A stretch of 64,000 nt of DNA, taken from the NCBI GenBank assembly GCA_024679065.1, contig JAGIQG010000006.1, positions 78,740,001 to 78,804,000 of the forward strand, written 5' to 3'. Positions 36,241 through 48,620 of the stretch are shown here, in pieces (the first letter of the stretch is position 1; every line of letters begins with the position of its first letter). A program made the translations under genes and the position numbers. The DNA comes from Sphyrna mokarran. Its lineage: Eukaryota. The notes below the pieces were generated by a model. That model made no database searches. It was not told where the DNA came from and worked only from the letters and a program-made list of their open reading frames with translations.

Positions 36241-37201
36241 ATTTTTCCAGAATGTGTGTTTGGTCTTGTAACTCATGGTCTGAGGCTCTGCCCCTAACAA
36301 GGTCCTATGGAATCCCAAGCACAGGCTGAACCAGTATAACTGAATAAGAACAGAAAATGTGGAAATACTTGAGTCAGGCAGCATAATTGGAGAAATAATT
36401 AATGGGCAATTTTATGTCCTCCCCACCCCCCTCCCTCCCCCACACACACAAGTACACATACCAGCATGTTTGCAGACAGGGATGGGGCACATAAATAGAA
36501 TGGGATGCTGGCCTACCACCTTTTTTCCCTCTCAAATTGTTCCCTCACAATGTGTGCATAGATAAGGGATCAGCTGGTCTGCCTGCCCCTGAAGCCTACT
36601 GAGGGCCTGTTTCCAAAACCAGCTGTGTAGCTGGGACTGGAAGTCAGCCCACTCTTATGACCTCCAGCTGAAAGGCAGTGGGAGGTCCTTTTTTCTTGAG
36701 AGGTGGAGTGCTGTGTGCCCAGTGGACCTTCTCAAGGTGGCACATTCCTATGAAGGTATGATGTGAATTAGGATTGTAGAATTATTGACTCTATCTTTGC
36801 ACTGCAGCTTTGATGGCTCCCCACAGTGAAAGGAAAACCATTCTTGAACATATGCTTTGTATGCCAGGACTGTGTTAAATCACTGAACTTTGGGAACATC
36901 TTACTATCAAGTCAGACATATCCCAGACCACAGGCTGAGCACATGAATGATGTCTAGAAATTTGAAGGCAGGATTTTTATTAATTGTTGGCTGAAGAGGT
37001 GTCTGTTATTGGATGATTTTTTGGGGTAGGAGAAAAATTGGTATATTTATTACTTTTTCAATCCAGTGTCAAGCAGCCTAAATCCCCTTTTGTCCTCTCC
37101 TTTCAGAGTGCATTACTAAGCCAAAAGAAATAGCTTTTTGGGTTGTAATTTAAACCTATATTTTGAATAGCTGGGTTATACTAAGAAACTTTCTCTTTTA
37201 G

Positions 37202-37273
37202 GGGATTGAAACCAGAGGACAAAAGGGGTGGAAGTGGATCTCGAAACTGGGGAACAGTCAGAGATGATCTGAG
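37202..37273 (+). CDS. HABP4: HABP4 exon 4 ([24 protein letters not shown])
   Basis: Boundaries ctcttttag|G and AG|gtatga, 72 nt. K.GG.G..NWG motif of the HABP4_PAI-RBP1 domain. Confidence 0.93.
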
Positions 37274-38289
37274 GTATGAACTTGTACAGCAACATTCAGG
37301 AAACCAGAGTGGAAATTGCTTGCGACCATATACCTTCTTACTGAAAAGAAGCTCCCTTATTTGGAGAAATGTTATGCCAACACCACTTCTGATTCTCTGA
37401 TGGCACTAGCAGCTGAATACTGTACCCTAGTAACAATATCATTGTTCTTCAACCAGCTGCTAGGAAACGTGCAGAAAGTGACTTACTCAGCTTCCGATCC
37501 CCTCATTTTTGGTCAAGGTTTTCTTCTGGCTAGTTTTCAATGTAGATGAAATATGATTTGAAGTGTTTAGGAAGCAAAATTCTATCCAACTCCACCCTTT
37601 TTTTAAAAAATAAAGATTATAAATGCTAAATCAGTTCTCCATACTCTTTATATTTCCAGTAGTAATTTTATGTTGCCTCATGCTGCATTGGGAACATTGC
37701 AGTTGAAGAGCTGTTGTTACCTTGTTAATTGTGATGAAATTGGTGGCGTAAGTTTACCTGCCATGTTGACTTGGTTCTGACGGTTGATGAGAAAGTTAAG
37801 GGTAGGAAGTCTGCACGTTTACGGGCAGGACTTCCACCGGCTGCTTTGGAATGCTGCAGATTCTGCACTCAAATCCTGGTGACAGCTCTGAGCTTGAGGC
37901 AAACACTTGCACCAGTTGTAACATAGCAGGTGTGTCCATCCTGATAAGGGTGTAGACATTTAACAATGACAGTGTGCAAATGATCTCGTCCTAGCCAAGC
38001 TGAAGGACACTCTGTTTTTCCCATCTAAAAGAGGGTCAGTTTTGCAAAATAATTGATGCTTCTGGGATTATTGACCTTTTGCCTCAATTTTTTTATTTAG
38101 TAAGCAAATAACAGAACCCATATCTGTTTACAGCAGGTACATGTTTAAGCTAGTTATCTCCTAGAACTAACCTTAAAAGTTATGTGGAGGGTTACAGTGA
38201 CTTCACCCACCTAGCACAATTTGTAATCTTTTTAAACTGGACTGAAACCTAGAAGATAAGCGTTCTGCCCCAATTTGCAGTTTGGATAG

Positions 38290-39020
38290 AAGACTGGCTA
38301 ACTGACAGAAGGTCAGGATAAATAGGTCTTTTTTTTTTATGGTTGGCAAGATCTAACTAGTGGGGTGCCACAAGATTCAGATCTCTGGTCCAACCATTTA
38401 TTGTATTAATGACTTAGATAGAGATAATATGGTCACATTTGCAAATGACACTTAAAATAGGTGGGACTGTAAGTTGCAGTGAAGAAATAAGAAATTTACA
38501 ATTGGATGTAGGTGCATTAGGTGAGTGGGCCAAAATGTAGCAGATGGAGTTTGATGTGGATAAGTGTGAGGTTATCCATTTTGGTTGCGGAAAAACAGAA
38601 GGGCAACTTATAATCTAAATGGACGAAGCTTCGGGGTGTTTCAGTACAGAAGGATCTGAGTGCATGAGTTGCAAAAAACTGGTGTGCCGATGATAAGAAA
38701 AGCTGATGGAATTTTGACATTTATAGCTTAAAAGAATAGAGGAAGTATTGCTGCAACAAGGCATTGGTGAGACCGCACCTGGAGTATTGTATAGTTTTAG
38801 TTCCCTTGTTCGAGGAAGGATTTGATAGCATTAGAGGTAGTTCAGAGTGGGTTCACTAGGTTGACCCCATAGGAGTTTGTCTTATGAAGAGAGATTGAGC
38901 AGTTTAGGCCTATACTCCCAGGAGTTTAAATAAATGAAGAGAGATCTAATTGAGGTATACGGATGATAAAAGATATTGACAAAGTAGATTTGGAGATGTT
39001 GCTTCCTCTTATGGAAACAA
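38290..39020 (+). mobile_element. CR1 LINE RT fragment
   Basis: TSGVPQ-like (ACTAGTGGGGTGCCACAA), FANDT (FADDT type) and KCEVIHFG motifs. Confidence 0.85.
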
Positions 39021-39434
39021 TGCTTCTATCCCTGCATCTACATGTGTAACTGTTGTGTAACATTCCTGTTGAAGCGTCTTGAAATGGTTTTGTATAAATA
39101 CAGGTTTTATCTGCTGTGTCCCATCCTTTCAACTTAATAACTTCAGTATTGCACCTTTTTAAACTATTCAAATGGGCCTCAATTATTGAAATCTTCATAT
39201 TGTTAATTCTTTATGCCAGACAACATGTCAGTTTGCACAATACCTTTTTTAATCCGAATTCTCCTAATCAATCTGAGCTGCTGCTTAAGAGGAAGAGAAG
39301 GCACAGTAAAGACTAAAGTATTGTCATTTACATCTTATAGTTGTGTACTATGGGTTAGTGGATATATTTTTCAGATCAACCGTGAAACTAAAATACACAC
39401 CCGTGTCCGTGAGGCTTTTGTTGGCTGGTTAATT

Positions 39435-40200
39435 TATAGAAACATAGGAGTGGAAGTAGGCCATTTGGCTCATCGAGCCTGCTGCACTGTTCAGTAAGAT
39501 TTATGGATGATCTGATTGTGGCCATAACTCCACTTTGTTACCTGCCGTACTCCATAACTCTTGACTGTCTTGTCAGTCAAAAATCTATCTAGCTCAGCCT
39601 TGACTATATTCAGTCAACTAGTCTTAACAGCTTGCCCAGGATGAGAATTCCAAGCACTAAAGATTGAATGAGAGATGCAATTTCTCCTCCTCCCTCTCTT
39701 AAATGGGATCCCTTATTTTGAAATTCTTCTCTGGTTTTAGGTTCCCCTGAAGGGAAGCATCATGTCAGCAATCTACCCTGTGAACCACCATGACAATATT
39801 ATATGTTTCAATAAGATAACCTCTCTTTCTTCTAAACTCCAATGAGTATTGGCTCAACCTTCTCAACCTTTCCTTCTCAAATGCATCATACCAGGAATCA
39901 ACCTTATGAATGTTCTCTGGACTGCATCCCATTAAATATGCACCACAAGTAATACCAAAACCATACAAAGTACTTTAGGTGGAGTCTCAATGTACAGTTG
40001 TGGCAAGACACTTCCTTGCAATAAAGGCCAACATTCTGCTGCCTTCCTAATATCAAATTTGGCTGCAATACAGTTGGCTCCTTCATCCAAGTCATTAACA
40101 CAGATTGTAAATAGTTATGGCTGCAGTACTCATCCCTTTGTGCCCCATTGTTTAGTTTGCCATTCTAAGAGACTCTTTATCCCTGCCCCCATCTTCTGTT
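39435..40200 (-). mobile_element. CR1 LINE 3' fragment
   Basis: ATAGAAACATAGGAG...GGCCATTTGGCTCATCGAGCCTG tail. Minus ORF reads YSLEFRRKRGYLIETYNI. Confidence 0.85.
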
Positions 40201-40754
40201 AATTACTTGATTAATTGTTAATTAATTCTGTTAATCATGTTAATATATCTGGTTCTATATTTCCATGCTGTGAATGAGGAGTGCTAATCACATTGATAAA
40301 ACAATTTTTCCTTTTCAAATAATTGAAAGGACAAGAAAATGGATTGAGGGCTACTAGCAAAAAAGTTGCTTTTCCCACTTAAAATAGTCTGATCCTACAT
40401 ATATTTTTTCCCCGTGTCAAATTGGAGCTTAACCTAAAATTTCCTTCTAATGTGAAGGAGATTTGCATTGTCGTAAGTTATTAGCAAATCAAGTAAAATG
40501 GATTTGGGAAATAAGAGGGGAGTGGCTATTGGAGAGAGCAAAGATGTGACATTTTAATAAATAAATCAATGTTCCCACTGAGCTGTGCAACTACGTAGCA
40601 GCCTGAAGGTATTGTGAAGGCCTGATAAGTACCACATGCGCACGGTGGCACAAACGTTTAATGGGGACTGCTCGGCCACTTGCAACAAGGAAATGTTGGC
40701 CATGACCGTAATAGGATTGGACTGAATAAACTTCTTTCCCTCTCCCACAAATAG

Positions 40755-40835
40755 AGAGACTGAAACAACTCCAGCTGATGAGGCAACTGAAATGGAAGAA
40801 TCCCAAGAAGTACATGAAGGCGATGCAGAGAACAA
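40755..40835 (+). CDS. HABP4: HABP4 exon 5, acidic linker (ETETTPADEATEMEESQEVHEGDAENK)
   Basis: Polypyrimidine tract followed by atag|A, donor AA|gtgagt, 81 nt. Phase 2-2 fits both neighbours. Confidence 0.85.
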
Positions 40836-40979
40836 GTGAGTTCATTATTTTTAAATTTCTGCTACTATGCAGTTCTTGCACTTTATTCTTTTTTGTATCT
40901 GCTTAGAAGGTGCTTGTGGATGATGAGGCAAATCTATTCATCTTAAGGAGCCATCTTTTTTTTTTTCTTTAATTCTTTC

Positions 40980-41430
40980 TTGAATAGTTCAAGTTTTTTT
41001 TCACGCCTCCCTCCAGAAGTTCATTCCGTGCACAAATCACTTCTGGTGATCAATACTTTACCTTTTCAAGATAACCTTTTAAAGCTGAAAAGCTCAAGTT
41101 TCTTCAGTATTTCTTCCGTCTTTGCAAATCAGACTTCAAACTATGGATCAGTTTTTGGTGTTTCTCTGCATACGTTTTCTGGTAATTGAATGTCTTGAGG
41201 ACCAGAACGGGACACAGTACTCAAGGTATGGTCTGATTAGGCACTGTACAGTTTACACATGACTTCATCTGACTTGTGCTCTGCTATTTTGGTTATATAG
41301 GTCAGCACTCTATTTACTTTGTTGATTGTGGCTCTGCATTGGTTGGACATAGTGTCAAGTCTACTAAGACTGGTAGGTCTTTTTAAACTTCATCCTAGGC
41401 AATTTCAACACCATTCGGAGTACATGTGTC
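40980..41430 (-). mobile_element. Decayed CR1 LINE fragment
   Basis: GGACCAGAACGGGACACAGTACTCAAGGTATGGTCTG is the reverse of an RP.LEYCV.FW motif. Confidence 0.65.
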
Positions 41431-42249
41431 ACTGATACTGGGTCATGAATCAGTCACTGATTACCTTTATGATCTTGAGCTGTGAACCCGTTGGTTATTA
41501 ACAATTTATATTTGGTTGATTTGGAGTTACCTGTTAAAAGTATTTTTTCCTTTTTCTTGCACATCTTTCCTCACATATCTTCTATTTATAGAACAACCTG
41601 TCTTCTTTCATTAGTTGATGTGGAATTACCTAGTATATCCTTAGTATTAGTTTTGTTCTATTGCATTAAAAATGTCTGACAAGAATAATCAACCAGTTTT
41701 TTGCATTGCACAGGATCAACTTGTGTCTCAGGTGTTCTTTACATGTAGGGCTATGCCACCATTTTTCTTCCAGCACCTTTTATGACAGTGTTGTATTCAT
41801 TGCCAGTCCCTGGAGTAAATTTTTTGCCATCCTAATTGCTGTTGCGGGGGCAGTTAAGAGTCAACCACATTGCTGTAGGCAAGACCAGGTAAGGATGGAT
41901 GTTAGTGAACCACATGGATTTTTACAACAATCAACAATATTTTCACTATTAAGCTTTTATATCCAGATTTTTATTGAATTCAAATTTCATCATCTGCCAT
42001 ATGGGATTTGAACCCAGGTTCCCAGACCATTACCCTGCGGGTCTTGATTACTCATCCAGTGACAATTCCACAATGCCACTGCCTCGCAAGTGCTTGTTTC
42101 TGTGCAGTTTTATTGTGGGTTTGCCTCCATTTGGCCCCCAACATCTGTCCGATTGGTATGTGGTTCCCTTTAAAATTGAACTACTGTGTTTATACCCACC
42201 TGTTCTTGGGGTGGAGTGGAGTCTGTCTTTCTGCACCTAATCATGCACT

Positions 42250-42510
42250 AGAGCAGATTTTTGTCTGTTTCCAGAATTGGTTATTCCTGAAATGGGTTGC
42301 TGGTCTGTCCCTGGAAGATTATCGCTTGAGAAGCACCACTCCACGTCAAGCGTGGCTGATCAGGAGTCTCTCCTGCTCTTACCACAGCCATTGGCATGTT
42401 AAAAGGATTGCAGCTTTACACTCTGCTTGACAGCGTTAGTCATCAGGTCTTTGGGTAGAACGCGAACCTGGAGCTTCTGGTTCAAAGATGCTACCGTTGC
42501 GTCACAAGAC
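42250..42510 (-). mobile_element. tRNA-derived SINE of a different family
   Basis: Minus-strand head GTCTTGTGACGCAACGGTAGC...CCAGGTTCGCGTTC with A- and B-box-like motifs. Confidence 0.45.
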
Positions 42511-42699
42511 TTCATGGTGGAGTGGATAAGAGAGGGTTAAACAGGAAGCCAGGTTAAAAGGTTGGATTTCAGCCCAATAGTTCTGCTTAGTTATACACTG
42601 ATGCTCGTTGTATTAATTTAAAGCAGCCTAATTAAAAATCCTTGGTTCAATTTGGAGGGTGGATAAGATGATCACAAAACGAGTCATTTCTTTCTAGGG

Positions 42700-42800
42700 A
42701 ACAAAAGCAAAATACTGCAGATGCTGGAAATGTTCAATAGGTCAGGCAGCATCTGTGGAGAGAGTTGGCATTTCAGGTCAGTGACCTTTCATCAGAACTG
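42700..42800 (-). mobile_element. Penelope-type 3' terminal fragment with hammerhead-like core
   Basis: Minus strand reads CTGATGA-A-AGGTC-ACT-GACCT-GAAA, then CTCTCTCCACAGATGCTGCCTGACC. Confidence 0.6.
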
Positions 42801-42992
42801 AAAAGAAATGACCAGCTTGTAAGCAAGTATAGAGCCAGAAGAATAAAATCAAAGGGAGAATTTGTGATGGAATGGAGAGTAGAAAAATGATTAAATTGTA
42901 TAAATGATGCAACACTATCACCTTTTGCCTTGCACCATTATCAGATGTTTTTGGGAATACAATATTTCTTTGCCTATTTCTTTGTGTTGTAG

Positions 42993-43170
42993 ACTGAATG
43001 AAGGGGAACACGAAGCAACAGTTGATGATGGTCCACATGAAATGACTCTAGATGAATGGAAGGCGCTTCAGGAACAGACTCGCTCAAAGAAGGAGTTCAA
43101 CATCCGCAGACCAGATTCCAGTGTTTTGTCAAAGGCAGTTGTGATCCACAAGTCTAAATATGAAGGAGAT
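42993..43170 (+). CDS. HABP4: HABP4 exon 6 ([59 protein letters not shown])
   Basis: Boundaries tgttgtag|A and GAT|gtaagt. EMTLDEWK and HABP4-type [11 protein letters not shown] motifs. Confidence 0.95.
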
Positions 43171-43812
43171 GTAAGTGGATTAGATTGTAGAACTCCCAAC
43201 AGCTATTGATATTTATCAAATTATGCAAAATTGGAAAGCCTAGAGATAGACGTCGTGCTTTGTTTGTGACATGATGCCAGGTAGCTATCCACTCTATTCA
43301 GCCTCTGATCTTGGCACCCTGAACGTTTTGGTGCGAGTCCTAATTAGATGCTGCAAAACATCTACGCAGAAGAAAGAGAATCTGTAGGTAGATAAACCTG
43401 TTTCACCAAAAGACAAAAGTTTGAGGTTGCATACCAACTGACTCAAGAACAGTTCCCTGCTGCTATCTGACTTTTGAATGGACCTACCATATATTAAGCT
43501 GATCTTTTTCTACACCGTAACTGTAACACTATATTCTCTATCCCCTCCTCCCCAATGTACTGTATGAACAGTACACCTTGTTTGTATAGCACACAAGAAA
43601 CAATATTTTTCATTGTATCTCCATATGTGTGACAATAATATCAAAAAATATGCTTACAGCAGAGCCAGGAGCCCAGTGAGTCCAAAGAATGGAGATAAAT
43701 TGGAAGTTATTACCAATTTATGTAGTTTTTTTGAAGAAAACTATTTTTCCTGGCATTAGTCAATATGCCTACCATGTCAATGATTGATAACTATTTATTG
43801 CTCCTATGTTAG

Positions 43813-44001
43813 GAACAGAAGGAAGAATCTGATGAGGAGGAGCATCATTATTTTAGAAGGTCAGCAAATGATATCACTTCTAAACTGGACATTAACTTCG
43901 GCAGTCTTACACGCCCTGGGCGAGGACGGGGTGGTGCCAGAGGTCGTGGAAGAGCTAAACGGATCAATGAAACTAGGCCAGAGGTGCCAGCTGCAGAGAA
44001 G
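43813..44001 (+). CDS. HABP4: HABP4 exon 7 ([63 protein letters not shown])
   Basis: Boundaries atgttag|GAA and AAG|gtaaag, 189 nt. ANDITS.L.INFG.L.RPGRG motif. Confidence 0.95.
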
Positions 44002-44703
44002 GTAAAGGTGGTTTTCATTGGGAAGGGAGAAGAGTATTGATATGGCCAATTGCTAGGGGGAAAGAAAATTCTAAATGACTAAATAATAGTGCCACTTCAA
44101 TGCAGTGAATGCTTTGGTAACAATAGCTTATATTTTACATAGTACCTTTTAACACAGTATGTCCAAAGCCTTGCACAAGAATCATAACAAAAAAATTGAT
44201 GCTGGATCATATAAGAGGAATTGGAATAATGGCCAAAAGCTACTTAAACGTAGAGATATGGAATGGTTTAGAGGGTTAATTCCAGAGCTGAAGATAGGGC
44301 AAAGGGAATCTGGGTTTTACAGAGATCCTACTGTTTGTGGGATTGGAGGAGATTAGAGATAAGGAAGTACTAATTTTATGTAATGCACTAGCCCTACAGA
44401 CTAGTAATCCTTTAGGCTCTGTTTGTAGCCGGTGTAGGTTTGAATCAATTTATTCATGATGGTTCACCTTTACATTTCTGTTTATACATTTTTATTCATC
44501 CACCTTTCCATCTATGTGGTTGAGTGTTCTAAAGAATTCCAAAAAAATTATAACTTGAAGCAGGCCATTTATCCTAATAAGTCTGTGTGAAGGATAAACA
44601 TTAACATAAGCAGTACTTTTCATCATTGCTTTATCTTTCCTTGAACTGTCCATTCAACTAATTCTTAAATATTGACATTATCTCTGCTTCACTATAAATT
44701 CCA

Positions 44704-45850
44704 TGTTTATTTGGTAGCATGACCTTTTGGAATAATGCTCTTTCATCAGGTGAATGGAGAGTTTAGTTCACAAACAGGGCATATGTAGACACAGATTCAA
44801 TTACAAGATCATAGTTGGAATGCGAATCTTAACAGGTAATCAGGTCTTTATGGGTTCAGACAGTGCGAGTGGAGAAAGGGATAAAGACAGGTTAAAGAGA
44901 TCTGAATTGTCTCAATCCAGGACAATTAGTAGCACTTTGCAAGTCCCGACAGGTTGTGAGGGTTACACATAACGTGACATGAACTCAAGATCCCAGTTGA
45001 GGCTGTCCTCGTGTAGAACTTGGCTATCCATTTCTGCTCAGCAGTTCTACGTTGTCATGCATCTTGAAGGCAGCTTTGGAGAATGCTTGCCCAAAGATTA
45101 GCAGTTGAATTCCCTTGACTGCTGAAGTGTTTCCTGACAGGAAGGGAATACTCCTGCCTGGTGATTGTAAAGCAGTGCCCATCCATCCATTGGCAAAACC
45201 ATGCTACAACAATGTACCATGCCTTAGGACACTTTTTCCTGCAGCACATCAGATAGACAATGTTGGCAAGTTGTATGGGTAAATTGGCGAGACCATGCAG
45301 ACGCTACAATAATGGATGAGCGGACACTGCTCAACAGTCACCAGGCAGGAGTGTTCCCTCCCTGTTGGGGAACACTTCAGCAGTCAAGGGCATTCAATCT
45401 CTGATCTTTGGGAAAGCATTCTCCAAGATGGCCTTCAAGACACAGGACAATGCAAAATTGCTGAGCAGAAACTGATAGCCAAGTTCTGCATATGAGGGTG
45501 GCCTCAACCGGGATCTTGTGTTCATGTCACACTGTGTGTAACCCCCACCATTTGGCATGGGCTTGCAAAATCTTACTAACTGTCCTGGCTTGAGACAATT
45601 CACACCTCTTTAACCTGTCATTATCCCTTTTTCCACTCACATTGTCTGTACCTGTAAAGACTTGATTACCTGTTAAGACTTGCATTCCAATCATTATTTT
45701 GTAATTGAAGCTGTGTATCCTCCATTTGTGAACCCAACTCTCCACTGATGAAGGAGCAGCATTCCGAAAGCTTGTGCTGCCAACCAAACCTGTTGAATTT
45801 TAACCTGCTGTTGTGGGATTTCTTACTGTGTCCACCCCAGTCCAACTCCA
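44704..45850. mobile_element. Penelope-like retroelement remnant: two head-to-head GIY-YIG 3' ends forming a ~1.1 kb inverted repeat
   Basis: Arms of about 44704-45191 and 45311-45790 are reverse complements. Coding remnants NIVYLMCCRKKCPKAWYI and IGETMQTL...SLPVGEHFSSQGHS...AEQKLIAKF are GIY-YIG-like. CTGATGA...GAAA motif at 45745-45769. Confidence 0.85.
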
Positions 45851-46249
45851 TCTCATCACTATAAACATTTGGTAATGTGTTCCACTGCTTTTTTTTTCCC
45901 CTACCTATTTGCTGGGTATGAGCATTTTTTACTGCCTATCTAATTGCCCTTGAAAGTGGTAATGTGCCACGTTCTTGAAACGTTATGGTGCATTTGGTGA
46001 AAGTATTCCCGCAGTGCTGTTTTGTTACTGTAATTAATTGTACCAAATGGCTAAGAGTCAGCCATACTCTGGCCTATATGCTACTCCACAGCAACAAGTT
46101 AAGACACGTTTCTTTAATTAACTGAATTTTAGTTTCCCAGCTGTTATAATGGGATTTGAATTCATGATTCTGGATTACTAGTCTAATAGCATTGCTACTA
46201 TTCTCATAATTATAAAATGTTCATAATATTTAATCTAATTCTATGTCCA

Positions 46250-46930
46250 GTTCTTCATTAAAGCAATTTGTTTCTATTTACTTTGTAATTTTTCCTTAAA
46301 TCTTAAACACCTGTCTAAAATTGCCCCATAATCTCCTCTGTTCTAATGAACTGATTTTTGATGGGATTATCTTGCATAATTGTCATGCTTCATAGAAAAC
46401 AAAAAGCTATTAGATCTGTACCTTCTCTTAAATGTGCATCCTATATGTGTGGATCCCAAAATATGCACTCAGTACTCCAATGGTAGTTTTAGTTTATAGA
46501 TTATCCATTGCACTGTTAGCTTTTATATGCTGTATCTCAAGCAATAAAACCCCATAGTCTGTTACCTCTTATGATGTCTATATAGTTTCAATATATTGTG
46601 AACCTGAACACAATCTGTTCTCCCCATTCAGAGTGTCTCATGAAATTCCATCTGCTACTTTGTTAATCCCACTGTTTAATCAGTTATTGCTTTTGCAGTT
46701 CCCTTTGGTTTGCAGTTATTTACTGTATTCCCTGTATTACTATTTGCACATCATCCCTAGCCATATATCCAAATCATTTGTTGTACATAGTGAATAGAAG
46801 AGATTCCAGATCCAAACTCTGTGGGACACCACTACCCTGAACTACTTACTGAGGAACCACCCTAAACTCCCACTCTTTCTGCTTTTTTAAATAGATTTGG
46901 ATGATCAGTCACTTGCTCTGCAGCCCTATT
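46250..46930 (-). mobile_element. Old CR1 fragment
   Basis: CCCAAAATATGCACTCAGTACTCCAATGG and GGGACACCACT (reverse of SGVP) motifs. Confidence 0.55.
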
Positions 46931-46974
46931 GTTACTTGTGCATAAAACATACATGCTTCTGTTGTTTTTGAATT

Positions 46975-47330
46975 TGAGGAAATGGTGGTATATTATTAAT
47001 CACCTCAGTACTAAACCAAAGGCTAATGCTCTGGTGACACCAGTTCAAATTGCACCATGGCAGTGGGGGCAATTAAATTATGTTAATAAATTTGGGAATT
47101 ATAAGGAGACAATCATCGATTGTCATAAAAACTGCTCCTTCACTAATGTCCTTTAGGAAGGAAGTCTGCTGCGTTTGCTCGGTCTAGCCTACGTAGGCCT
47201 CCAAATCCACAGACGTGGATTGATACTTAACTGCCCCCTGAAATGGCTGAGCAAGCTACCTAATAAAGGGCAGTTAGGGATGGGCAACAAATGCTGGTGC
47301 TGCCAGCAACACCTGCATCTGTGAATAAAT
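46975..47330 (+). mobile_element. Bipartite SINE-like element sharing its 5' part with the tRNA-headed LINE at 19745-20390
   Basis: GCTAATGCTCTGGTGACACCAGTTCAAATTGCACCATGGCAG head, TCACTAATGTCCTTTAGGAAGGAA body and GATGGGCAACAAATGCTGG...GAATAAAT tail. Related copies at about 41810-42080 (-) and 45900-46200 (-). Confidence 0.6.
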
Positions 47331-47719
47331 TTTAAAAAATTGAATACAACTTGCAGTGTAAAATAATGGGTGAGGTATGCTGAAGTGTTACAGCCCAAAA
47401 TTAGAGCCTCAAGATACTATAACCAGAAACTTTGGAATTAATGTTATGCCTTTTTCATCAATTGTATATAATTGCCTGTTTTTAAATGTGTTTTAAGTGG
47501 TGGAGACTGTAAAAACATTAATGGCTAAGCATGTCAATAAATACCTTTCACTAATATTTGATGTTCTTTGGAAAACATGGAGCTGTGCTGTCACAAATGC
47601 AAGTGTTATGGAGTTTGCAATTGTGCCATCAGTGGAATCGGCATTTGATTTTCTCAAGATTTTTTTTATCTCATCGATGGCAGAATAAAATTTCATTCAA
47701 TAATTTTCTCCAGGAATAT

Positions 47720-48620
47720 ATTGCTAGGGGATAGAACCTTTTTATGAACCTGAGGGTTATTAACATGATGGATGTGGAGAGAATGTTTCCTCTTGTTGGT
47801 GAACCTAGAACTAGGGCTCACTATTTAAAAATAAGGAGTCTGTCATTTAAGAGGTGAGGATTTCTTTTCTGTGGAATGTGTCTTTGGAATTTGTTTCCTC
47901 AAAAGGCATTGGAAGCAGAGTCTGAATTTTTTTTTCCAAGGCAGTGTTAGTTAGATTTGTCTAGGTTATTTAAGAATGTGAAGTTGAATCAGATCAGCCA
48001 TGATCTTATTAAATGGCAGGTCAGGCTCGAAGGGCTGAGTGGCCACCACCTCTTGCTGATTTTCTAAGACTATTCTGCTGGTTAGGCCACATTTGGAGCA
48101 TTGCGTCTAGTTCTGGTCACTACACTACCAGAAGGACATGGAGGCTTTAGAGAGTACAGAGAAGGTTTACCAGGATGTTTCCTGGTATGGAGAGTCTTGG
48201 TTGAGGAGAAATTGGGTAGACTGGAGTTTTTCTCCCTGGAAAGACAGAATGAAGGGACACCTAATAGAGGTGTACAAAATTATGAAGGATGTAGATAAGG
48301 TGAATAGTGGGAAGCTTTTTCCCGAGTTAGAAGTGATGACATGAGGGATCACAGACTCAAGGTGAGAGCGGCGAGGTATAACTCTGATATCAGAGGGATT
48401 TTTTTTTTTTACACAGAGCGTGGTGAGGGCCTGGAATGCGCTGTCAAGTAGGATGGTGGAGGCAGACATGCTGGCATTGTTTAAGAATTACCTGGATAGT
48501 CACATGAGTAGCCTGGGAATGGAAGGATACAAATGAATGGTCTAGTTGGACCAGTGTGTGGCACAGGCTTGGAGGGCCAAAGGACCTGTTTCCTGTGCTG
48601 TACTGTTCTTTTATTCTTTG
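47720..48620 (+). mobile_element. Two adjacent CR1 3' fragments
   Basis: GHLIEVYKIMK motif and CCTGTTTCCTGTGCTGTACTGTTCTTT tail. Confidence 0.8.
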
